From an uncultured Verrucomicrobiota bacterium (GTDB taxonomy: Bacteria > Verrucomicrobiota > Kiritimatiellia > CAIVKH01), in the NCBI GenBank assembly GCA_964441655.1, contig CAYTVN010000002.1, positions 1-45,790 on the forward strand: DNA of 45,790 nucleotides. Reading direction: 5' to 3'. A program made the position numbers and the translations under genes. Below, in pieces: positions 34,402-42,215 of this stretch (the stretch's first letter is position 1; every line of letters begins with the position of its first letter). The notes under the pieces are model-generated. The model was not told the DNA's origin. It saw only the letters and a list, made by a program, of their open reading frames with translations, and did no database searches.

Positions 34402-34404
34402 CCT
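34356..34404. repeat. heptamer array CCGACCC CCCACTT CAGACCT CCGACCT CAAGCCT CTGACCT CTGACCT (right arm)
   Basis: Read directly. It contains the stop of the four-helix-bundle ORF (34399-34401) and ends 6 nt before the asnB-2 ATG. Confidence 0.8.
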
Positions 34405-34410
34405 TCAATC

Positions 34411-36276
34411 ATGTGTGGCATAGCCGGATTCATCGGTACGGATTCCCGCCTAGACGAGGCTCTCCTCGTGCGCATGCAGCGCGCGCAGAAGCATCGGGGG
34501 CCGGACGACACGGGTCTCATGTTTCAGATCCGGGCCTCGGCGGATGCAAACCGTCCGGCGGTTCGTGTCGGCATGGCGCATAACCGGCTGAGTGTGCTGG
34601 ATCTTTCCGGGGCGGGGCATCAGCCCATGCGCACCACCTCCGGCGAGCACTGGATTTGTTACAACGGAGAATTTTATAATTCGCCCGACTATCGTGCGGC
34701 CATGAAGGGGCGGGGGTTAGAATTCCGGTCCACCTCCGACACTGAAGTGCTGCTGAACCTATGTCGCGACCTGGGCGTGGAGAAGACGCTGCCAAACGTC
34801 AATGGAATGTTTGCTTTCAGCTATTTTGACGGGACGCGCGAGGAGCTATTCCTCTGCCGCGACCGAGCCGGTCAGAAACCGCTTTTCTACATGATTCTCC
34901 CCGATGGTTCGCTGGTTTATGCTTCGGAAATACCAGCCCTTTTGGCCTCTGGACTGGTCCCGGAACGGGACATCGACGTTCAGGCTTTTGATCATTATTG
35001 GACCATGGGCTACACCGCGGGGGAACGCACATTCTACCGTTCCATACGCCGACTGCGGCCCGGAGCCATGGCCTGCTGGCGTCAGGGCAAAACGGAGATC
35101 AAAACGTATTGGCAACTCACCTTTGATCCGCTGGATGACGCGGGCAAGGATCTCAAGCGTCATGTGGATGAGTTCATCCCGCTGTTGGAAGACGCGGTCC
35201 GGTTGCGTCTGCTGTCCGATGTGCCGGTGGGCATCTGCCTGTCCGGGGGCATTGATTCGTCCCTGATGGCGGTCATGATTTCCCGGCTGCGCGCCGATGT
35301 GCCCGCGTACACCATTGCCTTTGAGGGATCGCCCGCGGACGAAGCCCAGCAGGCGGGTGCCATTGCCCGCCACCTCGGAATTGAGCACCGCGTACTGAAT
35401 GTATCGGGCGACCTGGCCCGCGAGTTCCCCACCATCGCTTCCTGGTATGGCGAGCCGTTTGGCGATGCCTCTTCCATTCCCATGTACTTTTTGTCCCGCA
35501 TGATCCGGGAAAGCGCCACCGTGGCCCTGACCGGCGATGGCGGGGATGAACTTTTCGGCGGCTATCACCATTATCGGGAAGGATTACACATCTGGGGGGC
35601 GGGCCATCTTGACCGGGCCGGTGGGCCGCGCGGGTTCAAGGCGGCGATTCGTGCCGTGTTGTTGCGGAGGGCCGGGATCGCCACTGGTTACGAACGCATG
35701 CAGCGTCATGCCAATGAGAAACTAAAACGTGCCCTCTACAGCACGACTGCGCTGGAGCTGATTGATCCGGAGGAAACGGCCGAGCAGCGCCGGCAATGGC
35801 TGGCCCCGGTTCGCGATCCTCTGGCCGCCATGCAGAATTGTGATTTCCATGTGTACATGACCGACGACGTGCATACCAAGGTGGACCGCATGAGCATGGC
35901 GCATGCATTGGAGTGCCGGAGCCCGTTTATGGATTACCGGATTCTGGAGTGGGCGGCCCGCCTGCCCACGCGGGTCAAAGTGTCCGGGTCGGGAGCGGGC
36001 AAACTGGTCTTGCGCGATTTGCTTTCTCGCTTCATGCCTCGGGAATTGTATGATCGTCCCAAGCAAGGGTTTACGCCGCCCTGGGAGCGCTGGTGCACGG
36101 GTGAATTCCGTCGGCAGGTGCGTGCGGACTGGCTTGGTTTGAACGACGCGATGGTAAACCCCGGTGCCGTTGACATACTGCTGCCGGAGCAAGGGCCGGT
36201 CTCACCTGTTCTGTCCTGGATGGCGTATTCCTATGTGCAGTGGAAGAAGTCACAACTTGTAACCTGCAACCTGTAA
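34411..36276 (+). CDS. asnB: asparagine synthase (glutamine-hydrolysing)-like amidotransferase, copy 2
   Basis: 'MCGIAGF', 'RLSVLDL..GHQP', 'CYNGEFYN', PP-loop 'SGGIDSS'. The stop codon lies inside a TGTAACY heptamer array. Confidence 0.95.
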   Translation: MCGIAGFIGTDSRLDEALLVRMQRAQKHRGPDDTGLMFQIRASADANRPAVRVGMAHNRLSVLDLSGAGHQPMRTTSGEHWICYNGEFYNSPDYRAAMKGRGLEFRSTSDTEVLLNLCRDLGVEKTLPNVNGMFAFSYFDGTREELFLCRDRAGQKPLFYMILPDGSLVYASEIPALLASGLVPERDIDVQAFDHYWTMGYTAGERTFYRSIRRLRPGAMACWRQGKTEIKTYWQLTFDPLDDAGKDLKRHVDEFIPLLEDAVRLRLLSDVPVGICLSGGIDSSLMAVMISRLRADVPAYTIAFEGSPADEAQQAGAIARHLGIEHRVLNVSGDLAREFPTIASWYGEPFGDASSIPMYFLSRMIRESATVALTGDGGDELFGGYHHYREGLHIWGAGHLDRAGGPRGFKAAIRAVLLRRAGIATGYERMQRHANEKLKRALYSTTALELIDPEETAEQRRQWLAPVRDPLAAMQNCDFHVYMTDDVHTKVDRMSMAHALECRSPFMDYRILEWAARLPTRVKVSGSGAGKLVLRDLLSRFMPRELYDRPKQGFTPPWERWCTGEFRRQVRADWLGLNDAMVNPGAVDILLPEQGPVSPVLSWMAYSYVQWKKSQLVTCNL

Positions 36277-36285
36277 CTTGTAACG
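36251..36285. repeat. heptamer array CACAACT TGTAACC TGCAACC TGTAACT TGTAACG (a distinct unit family, TGYAACY)
   Basis: Read directly. It encodes the asnB-2 C-terminus (...QLVTCNL*), contains its TAA stop, and ends 7 nt before the next ATG. Confidence 0.75.
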
Positions 36286-36292
36286 TTCCTGT

Positions 36293-37102
36293 ATGACGCA
36301 ACGTTTCAAATTTGTAAAAAACTGGCAGCGGTTTCTCACCTACTTGACGGACGAGCGGATTGCCGAGGCCGAGAAATCGCTGCGCGCCATGCTCGGGGTG
36401 GAGAATCTGGCCGGTCGCACCTTTCTTGATATCGGATCGGGCAGCGGGTTGTTCAGCCTGGCCGCACGGCGTCTGGGTGCGCGTGTGCGCTCTTTTGACT
36501 ACGATCGCGACTCGGTGGCCTGCGCCGAAGACCTGAAGCAACGTTTCGAAAAGGATCCGGCGGCATGGACTGTCAGCTGGGGCGATGTGTTGGACGCGGA
36601 CTTCATGGCGGGGCTGGGTCTCTACGACGTGGTATACGCGTGGGGCGTGCTTCATCACACGGGTGATATGTACCGCGCCTTGGATCATGCCGGGCGCTGC
36701 GTAAAGCCGGGCGGCCAGTTGTTTATCGCCATTTACAACGATCAGGGCGGCATTTCCCGACGCTGGCTGGCCGTGAAGAAAATGTACTGCTCCGGATGGC
36801 CCGGACGCTGGCTGGTGACCGTGTTCGGATCGGCCTATTTCGTCTTGGTCTGCCTCAAGGAGGACCTGGTCCGGTTTCGCAATCCGTTCACCCGGTACCG
36901 CGAGTACAAAAAGAACCGGGGCATGTCTATGTTCACGGACTGGATTGACTGGTTCGGTGGCTACCCCTTTGAAGTCGCCAAACCGGAAGGGCTGTTTGAA
37001 TTCTACCGGGAACGCGGCTTTGTGCTCGAAAAACTGGTCACCGTGGGCGGCAATCTCGCATGCAATGAACTGGTGCTGCGAAAAAAGGATAACCAGGCAT
37101 GA
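36293..37102 (+). CDS. class I SAM-dependent methyltransferase
   Basis: Motif I 'FLDIGSGSGLFSLAA'; 'YDVVYAWGVLHHTGD'; 'VKPGGQLFIAIYN'. Confidence 0.85.
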   Translation: MTQRFKFVKNWQRFLTYLTDERIAEAEKSLRAMLGVENLAGRTFLDIGSGSGLFSLAARRLGARVRSFDYDRDSVACAEDLKQRFEKDPAAWTVSWGDVLDADFMAGLGLYDVVYAWGVLHHTGDMYRALDHAGRCVKPGGQLFIAIYNDQGGISRRWLAVKKMYCSGWPGRWLVTVFGSAYFVLVCLKEDLVRFRNPFTRYREYKKNRGMSMFTDWIDWFGGYPFEVAKPEGLFEFYRERGFVLEKLVTVGGNLACNELVLRKKDNQA

Positions 37103-37341
37103 CCCCTTCTGTCCTTCGGAGACGCCTTGCCGCCAGGCCCTGGTGGTTTGCGCTGGTATTGGCGTCCTCGTGTGCCGAACGTCCCGACACGGACTGGTAC
37201 GACGCTTCTGTCCAGGACAAAGAGGCTAAGAAGGACTACATCCAGACCCAGGTGTCGATTGGGGTGGATCCTGAGCAGGCCCGCAAGCAGTATGAATTGA
37301 ATGAGATCATTCTCAATACGGAAGGGCGAAACAGCGACTGA
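37099..37341 (+). CDS. small hypothetical secreted protein or lipoprotein (80 aa)
   Basis: ATGA overlap with the upstream stop. Basic N-terminus, hydrophobic stretch, then '...LASSC' (non-canonical lipobox), followed by a charged tail. No family recognised. Confidence 0.45.
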   Translation: MTPSVLRRRLAARPWWFALVLASSCAERPDTDWYDASVQDKEAKKDYIQTQVSIGVDPEQARKQYELNEIILNTEGRNSD

Positions 37342-37375
37342 AGCGCCCCCCTCCGCGCCAGTGCCTCCGCGAACT

Positions 37376-38086
37376 ATGAACACGCCTCTGGTCACCATTG
37401 TCTGCAGCACCTATAACCGTGCGGATATTGTACGCGGGGCCATTGAATCGGTGCTGGCTCAGGACTATCGCGACTGGGAGATGTGTGTGGTGGGTGACTG
37501 TACCCCCGATGACACGGCGGGCACGGTGGCTTCCTACAAGGATGCCCGGCTGCGCTACTACAATTTGACCGAAAAATCGCCGCCGGGCAGTCACGGCGCG
37601 ATCGCGAAGAATCACGCCATTTTCAACATGGCCCGGACCCCGTACATCGCTTACCTCGATGACGATGACCACTATCGGCCCCAGTACCTGAGCACCATGA
37701 TGGGCTATCTGGCGAAGCACCCGGAGGCGGACTTCCTCTACTGCCGCTGTGCTTATCGCGACAAGAAAACCGGGCGCCGGGTTTGGGGCAATCCCTTCCA
37801 GCGCTGGTTGCATGGTTATTCGAAGGAAAAGCTGAAGCGATACAACTTCATTGATACCGATTGCGTTGTTCACCGGCGGGCCATCCTGGACGATGTGGGT
37901 GGGTGGAACCCGGATTTCTATTTCGACGACTACGAACTCTGGCTGCGCATCAGCGAGAAATACAACATCCACTACTTGAACAAAGTGTTGGTGGAAAAGT
38001 TCGTGTCGGAACCACCCTTCCTCGTGCGCGCCTTTACCAAGGGCATGAAGATTCTGCGACACGGCCGGACCAATCCGCTGGAATAG
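37376..38086 (+). CDS. glycosyltransferase family 2
   Basis: Start placed at the ATG at 37376, so that 'LVTIVCSTYNRADIVRGAIESVLAQDYRDWEMCVVGD' is N-terminal. 'YLDDDD' is the DxD motif. Confidence 0.85.
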   Translation: MNTPLVTIVCSTYNRADIVRGAIESVLAQDYRDWEMCVVGDCTPDDTAGTVASYKDARLRYYNLTEKSPPGSHGAIAKNHAIFNMARTPYIAYLDDDDHYRPQYLSTMMGYLAKHPEADFLYCRCAYRDKKTGRRVWGNPFQRWLHGYSKEKLKRYNFIDTDCVVHRRAILDDVGGWNPDFYFDDYELWLRISEKYNIHYLNKVLVEKFVSEPPFLVRAFTKGMKILRHGRTNPLE

Positions 38087-38096
38087 GCGGAAAGTG

Positions 38097-38124
38097 TTCA
38101 GGAACCAGAAGACAGAACACTGGA
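38097..38124. repeat. intergenic heptamer-periodic run TTCAGGA ACCAGAA GACAGAA CACTGGA, flanked by a GTGTTC/GAACAC inverted repeat
   Basis: Read directly, in the 74-nt spacer between GT2 (stop at 38086) and the GT-C-like gene (GTG at 38161). Confidence 0.45.
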
Positions 38125-38160
38125 GGCCGCGTCAGTCAGTCCCCGAAAACAATTTGTTCC

Positions 38161-39786
38161 GTGAAGCCCAGCCCTAAATTCTTCGCCGCTCTTGTGATGC
38201 TCCTGGCGCTGGCCAATGCCCTGTTGCTTTTCGTGCACCGGGTCATGACCAACGGGGACAATCTCGACTACCTGTTTATCGCGGGATCGGTGCTGGGCGG
38301 GGATTGGGCGGAGCCCTTTCTGTGGCGATTCCCGGTGGGCTACCCCTTCCTGATCGCGGCCTTCAGCGCACTGGCGGGCATTCCCATCGGAACGGATCCC
38401 CTGGCTATTTCAACCGCCGGCCTGTACGCCATCCAACTGCTGGGTGTTGCCATGGCGCCCATTGCCGTGTTGGCGGTGTGGTGGTGGAGCCGGGCGATCT
38501 GGCCAACCAGCGCCCTGGCGATTGTCCTGGTGGCACTGTTCGCCAGCACCCAGCAAGTGGCTCCGGTTTATTCCATCATCGGGGCCGAGCCCTTTTTTAT
38601 AGTTCTTTCCTGGCTGGCTCTGTGGGCGTGGGAAAAAGCTTTTTCGCCCGACGGTCGCGTGCCGCGAAAAATTCTCCTTCTTGCCACCGCCTGCACCCTG
38701 TTGGCGGTCCTGTTCCGGCAAATCGGAATGGCCCTGGCCCTGGCCGTCCTGCTTGGACTTCTTCTTACGCCCGGACGGTATGCCCGCCGTGACAAGGTGC
38801 TGCTGTTGGCCGGTGCCGGTTTAGTTTTTGTGGCGGGGCTACTGTTGATGCTTCTTTCCAACCCCAGCCATCTGGAGCAGTTGTCAGCAGGGGAATCGGC
38901 GGGCGCCTCACTCGTGACATCAATTTCCGAAAAAGTCGCCTTGGTGCGCCACAATGCACAGACCTATCAAATGACGATCCCCGACATGCTGTTGCCCAAG
39001 GTGTTCGGCGGGGATGGCCTTCTTGCGCGGGCGGGCACCTCGTTCTTGCAGGTGCCGCTTGCGGTGTTGCTGTATCTGTTCTTCCTGACCGGCCTGGTGG
39101 AGGGACTGACGCGCCGGAAAGAAGGCATGATCGCCACCCTTTACGTGGTGCTCTCGGTAGCTATTTTCCTGGTGTGGCCCTATACCGATGGGCGCTTTTT
39201 TGTGCCGCTAATCCCGGCCTTGTGGATGATGGTCATCGTCGGCGTTCTGCGTCTGGCAAAGATGTTGCGCCCAGCAAATTCGGTTGGCGCACCGAGCGTT
39301 GCGGTCGTGCTCAGCCTGCTGGTGATCTGGCAGCTGGCGACCAATGCCTACGCGGGCAAAAAAAACATCCAGGCCATGTGGGCCTTTGCCGGTCAGCCGG
39401 CCTGGCATCCCGATCGCTATGAGCGCACAGGGGAACCGGATTTCGCCGACCATCTCGCGTGCGGCCTCTGGCTGGCCGGGCATGCCGAATCCGATGCCGT
39501 CGTGTTTGGGGAAAAATCGGCCTTTCTGGCCCTGTCTTCCGGCCGGCGCGCGTACTACCTGCGCGATTTCCTAGCCGCGTACCCCGCAGGTCTGGGGGCG
39601 ATTTCCGGCGGTCCTGTTTACGTGGTGGTGGACAGTTTCCCGCTGACCGCCGGTTATGGCAGGGTCAAGTTGGCGCTACTTGATCTGATTGCACCGCAGG
39701 ATCCGACGCTTTTTAATGAAGTGTTTCGCGGTCCCCATGGCGCACGCGTACTTCAGGTGACGCCCTCTGCGCTCAACCCGCCATAG
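38161..39786 (+). CDS. multi-pass membrane protein, GT-C-like (ArnT/PMT-like) putative glycosyltransferase
   Basis: GTG at 38161 is the first in-frame start after the upstream stop; the ORF-track start at 37861 overlaps GT2. TM1 is followed by 'NGDNLDYLFIAG'. About 11 hydrophobic helices and a ~150-aa C-terminal soluble region. Confidence 0.7.
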   Translation: MKPSPKFFAALVMLLALANALLLFVHRVMTNGDNLDYLFIAGSVLGGDWAEPFLWRFPVGYPFLIAAFSALAGIPIGTDPLAISTAGLYAIQLLGVAMAPIAVLAVWWWSRAIWPTSALAIVLVALFASTQQVAPVYSIIGAEPFFIVLSWLALWAWEKAFSPDGRVPRKILLLATACTLLAVLFRQIGMALALAVLLGLLLTPGRYARRDKVLLLAGAGLVFVAGLLLMLLSNPSHLEQLSAGESAGASLVTSISEKVALVRHNAQTYQMTIPDMLLPKVFGGDGLLARAGTSFLQVPLAVLLYLFFLTGLVEGLTRRKEGMIATLYVVLSVAIFLVWPYTDGRFFVPLIPALWMMVIVGVLRLAKMLRPANSVGAPSVAVVLSLLVIWQLATNAYAGKKNIQAMWAFAGQPAWHPDRYERTGEPDFADHLACGLWLAGHAESDAVVFGEKSAFLALSSGRRAYYLRDFLAAYPAGLGAISGGPVYVVVDSFPLTAGYGRVKLALLDLIAPQDPTLFNEVFRGPHGARVLQVTPSALNPP

Positions 39787-40891
39787 CCGCCACAATCCGC
39801 TGCAAGTCCGCTTCGGACAGGTCCGGATGCATGGGCAGGCTGACCACTTCGCGTGAGGCTTTTTCCGACACCGGTAGATCACCCAAGCGGTATCCGCAGT
39901 ACGCGAACGCCGGTTGCTCATGGATGCACTTCGGATAGTAAATCGCCGTGGGAATGTTCGCTGCCTTCAGTTTGGCCTGCACCGCATCGCGATCGGACAC
40001 CCGCAGCGTGTATTGCGCATAGACATGCGTATTGCCGGGCGCCACCACCGGCGTGGTGCCCCGGCCCCGCGCGTCGAGCAGCGGGCGGAGCAACTCCGAG
40101 TAGCGGGCTCCGATGGCGTTGCGGCGTTCCACCTCCCAGTCGAAGCGGGTCAATTTGACCAGTACGATGGCGGCCTGCAGGGTGTCGAACCGGCCGTTCA
40201 TGCCGATGCAGGTGTGGTGATGGCGCACCAGACCACCATGATTTCGGATGGCTTTCATCTTTTCATCCAGCGCTTTGTCGGTGGTGAACAGCGCCCCGCC
40301 GTCACCGTAACACCCGAGCGGTTTGGCCGGGAAGAAGCTGGTGGCCGCAATTTTGGTCACCCCACAACTCCGCTTGCCGTGGCGCGTGGCCCCGAAGCTC
40401 TGAGCCGCATCCTCGATGACCGTGATGCCGTGCTTCGCGGCAATCTCGTTGATGCGCTCGTAGTTGGCCATCTGCCCGAACAGGCTGACCGGCATGATGG
40501 CCTTGGTCTTCGGCGTGATGGCCGCTTCCAGCAGGTCGGGATCCATATTGTAGGTGTCGGGCTCGATATCAATAAAGACCGGACGGGCGCCGACCTGACC
40601 AATGACTTCCGCCGTGCTGATCCACGTGAACGGCACCGTGATCACTTCGTCACCCGGCCCAATGTCGAGGGCGCGCAGGGCGATTTCCAGGCTGTCCGTT
40701 CCGCTGGCCGTGGTGATGGCGTGGGGCACCCCGACATAGGCGGCCAGCTTGTCTTCAAGCTGCTTGATCTCCGGTCCCATGATGAACTGGCCGTGGGCCA
40801 GCACGGCATCCATGGCGGCCCGGATTTCCCGTTCCAGGGCGTGGAATTGGGTTTTGAGGTCAATAAATGGAATCGATTTCTGCTCGGCCAT
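39773..40891 (-). CDS. DegT/DnrJ/EryC1/StrS-family PLP sugar aminotransferase, WbpE-like (UDP-3-oxo-sugar aminotransferase)
   Basis: 'IPFIDLKTQ', 'HGQFIMGPEIKQLEDKLAAYVG', 'ASGTDSLEIAL', 'IEDAAQSFGA', 'SFFPAKPLGCYGDGGALFT', 'DTLQAAI'. The ATG at 40891 is preceded by GGGAG 8 nt upstream. The 3' end overlaps the convergent gene by 14 nt. Confidence 0.95.
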   Translation of the reverse strand: MAEQKSIPFIDLKTQFHALEREIRAAMDAVLAHGQFIMGPEIKQLEDKLAAYVGVPHAITTASGTDSLEIALRALDIGPGDEVITVPFTWISTAEVIGQVGARPVFIDIEPDTYNMDPDLLEAAITPKTKAIMPVSLFGQMANYERINEIAAKHGITVIEDAAQSFGATRHGKRSCGVTKIAATSFFPAKPLGCYGDGGALFTTDKALDEKMKAIRNHGGLVRHHHTCIGMNGRFDTLQAAIVLVKLTRFDWEVERRNAIGARYSELLRPLLDARGRGTTPVVAPGNTHVYAQYTLRVSDRDAVQAKLKAANIPTAIYYPKCIHEQPAFAYCGYRLGDLPVSEKASREVVSLPMHPDLSEADLQRIVAAMAG

Positions 40892-40967
40892 ACATTTCAC
40901 TCCCAACGATGTTGCGGCAACGTTTCAATTTTTACGGGCGGAAGTCAATGAAGGAGCACGGGCGCAT
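40892..40967. promoter_or_regulatory. 76-nt divergent intergenic region (aminotransferase <-> GT4 operon) containing the palindrome GTTGC-G-GCAAC (40911-40921) and an A/T-rich tract
   Basis: Strand switch. The palindrome and 'tttcaattttta' were read directly. SD-like GAAGGAG precedes the TTG start at 40968, and GGGAG precedes the minus-strand ATG. Confidence 0.35.
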
Positions 40968-42188
40968 TTGATCAAACTTGCCTACATTTGTGAACCGCAA
41001 CTGGGTGGTACGTTCACCTTCTTCCTGCGCCTGCGGCCGGCTCTGGCCGGGCATGGCATTGATTTGCGCTGTATCACCACCTTGTCGGCGGAACGCCTGA
41101 GAGGCACCCCGTTTCAAGGGGTTGAGGGGGTGGAGTGCGTCGGGTGCGGAGAGGATGACTTGCCCGGGGCGACCCGGAAGCTGGTCGCTTATCTGGTCGA
41201 CCAGGCGTACGACTTGGTGATGATCCTGCCCGGCACGGATTACCTGTCCGGCAATCTACCCGCGTATTTGCCGCGTTCCATCCGATGTGTCATCCGCGTG
41301 CCCATGATGACCCGGGGCGCCTATGCCCCGACCCAGGCCATCGCCCCGCACCTCAACCGGATCTATGCCGTCAGTGATCGTATTGCCGATGACTTGATCA
41401 GCCGCTACGGCATTCTCCGCGACCAGGTGGAGGTGGTGTATCACGGCATGGATCCCGCCCTGTATGCTGACGCCCTGACCGGGAAGAGCGTCACGGGAAC
41501 GGTGCGCCTCTTGTATGCCGGACGCTTGTGGGACATTGATAAGGGCGTTTTTCTGCTGCCGGAAATCATGAAGAAGTTGCGGGCCGAAGGAGCCGACGTG
41601 CAGCTCACCGTGGCGGGCAGTGGGCCGGATGAGGCGGAGTTGCGGCAGCGTTTTTCCAGGGCCGGACTTATGGACCGGGTGGTGATGACGGGGGGTCTGC
41701 CGCTCGACCAAATGCAGGCGCAATTCCGCGCCGCGGATATCTTTGTTTTCCCATCCCGATTCGAGGGTTTTGGCTTCGCCGTGCTGGAGGCCATGGCGGC
41801 CGGGTGTGCGCCGGTGGTGTCGGATATTCGCGGATCGTTGCGGGTGATCGTGGATGAGGGACGCGCGGGTGGGCTGGCCCGGGTGGGGGATGCTGCGGGG
41901 TTTGCCCGGGTCATAGGCGCTCTGGTCCAGAACCGCGGTGCGTTGCGGGCTGTGCAGGAAAAAGCCCAGGCCCGCGTTCGCGATCACTTTACATTGGACC
42001 GGATGGCCGCCCGCTATGCGGAAAGCCTGAAGGCTGTACTGCGGGCGCCGGACCTGCGCGCGGCCCCGCGATCGCTCAACGAATACGAACTGCCCCATGC
42101 CTTCAAGCCAACCTGGCGCACCCGGATTCCCCGACCGGTCAAAAATTTTCTTCGCATGTGGATGGAGCGGTTCGGCATTTCCAGTTGA
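40968..42188 (+). CDS. glycosyltransferase family 4
   Basis: TTG at 40968, preceded by GAAGGAG about 11 nt upstream, gives the N-terminus 'MIKLAYICEPQLGGTFTF'. 'FVFPSRFEGFGFAVLEAMAAGCAPVVSDIRGS'. Confidence 0.85.
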   Translation: MIKLAYICEPQLGGTFTFFLRLRPALAGHGIDLRCITTLSAERLRGTPFQGVEGVECVGCGEDDLPGATRKLVAYLVDQAYDLVMILPGTDYLSGNLPAYLPRSIRCVIRVPMMTRGAYAPTQAIAPHLNRIYAVSDRIADDLISRYGILRDQVEVVYHGMDPALYADALTGKSVTGTVRLLYAGRLWDIDKGVFLLPEIMKKLRAEGADVQLTVAGSGPDEAELRQRFSRAGLMDRVVMTGGLPLDQMQAQFRAADIFVFPSRFEGFGFAVLEAMAAGCAPVVSDIRGSLRVIVDEGRAGGLARVGDAAGFARVIGALVQNRGALRAVQEKAQARVRDHFTLDRMAARYAESLKAVLRAPDLRAAPRSLNEYELPHAFKPTWRTRIPRPVKNFLRMWMERFGISS

Positions 42189-42215
42189 GTGAGGTTCTGT
42201 GTTTACTTCAGGATT

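Larger units (their letters stand above)
33938..34404 (+). mobile_element. putative IVS-like cassette: four-helix-bundle ORF bracketed by inverted heptamer arrays
   Basis: An AT-richer ORF of the family known from 23S rRNA intervening sequences. It is flanked by inverted arrays of one heptamer, and both flanking stop codons lie inside the arrays. Mobility is an inference; I see no transposase and no target-site duplication. Confidence 0.35.

Noticed and set aside
33938-34404. The heptamer arrays as a CRISPR array, or the four-helix-bundle ORF as the Avd component of a diversity-generating retroelement.
   Set aside because: - The units are 7 nt long and directly tandem, with no spacers, so this is not CRISPR.
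- The window contains no reverse transcriptase and no template/variable repeat pair, so a DGR is unsupported.
37861-38160. N-terminal extensions implied by the ORF-track starts at 4284, 7010, 8022, 15868, 28855, 37301, 37861, 40749 and 42189.
   Set aside because: - The extensions overlap the 3' part of the preceding, well-supported gene and encode non-homologous, Arg-rich sequence.
- Downstream in-frame starts fall right after the upstream stop, or overlap it as ATGA, and yield canonical family N-termini.
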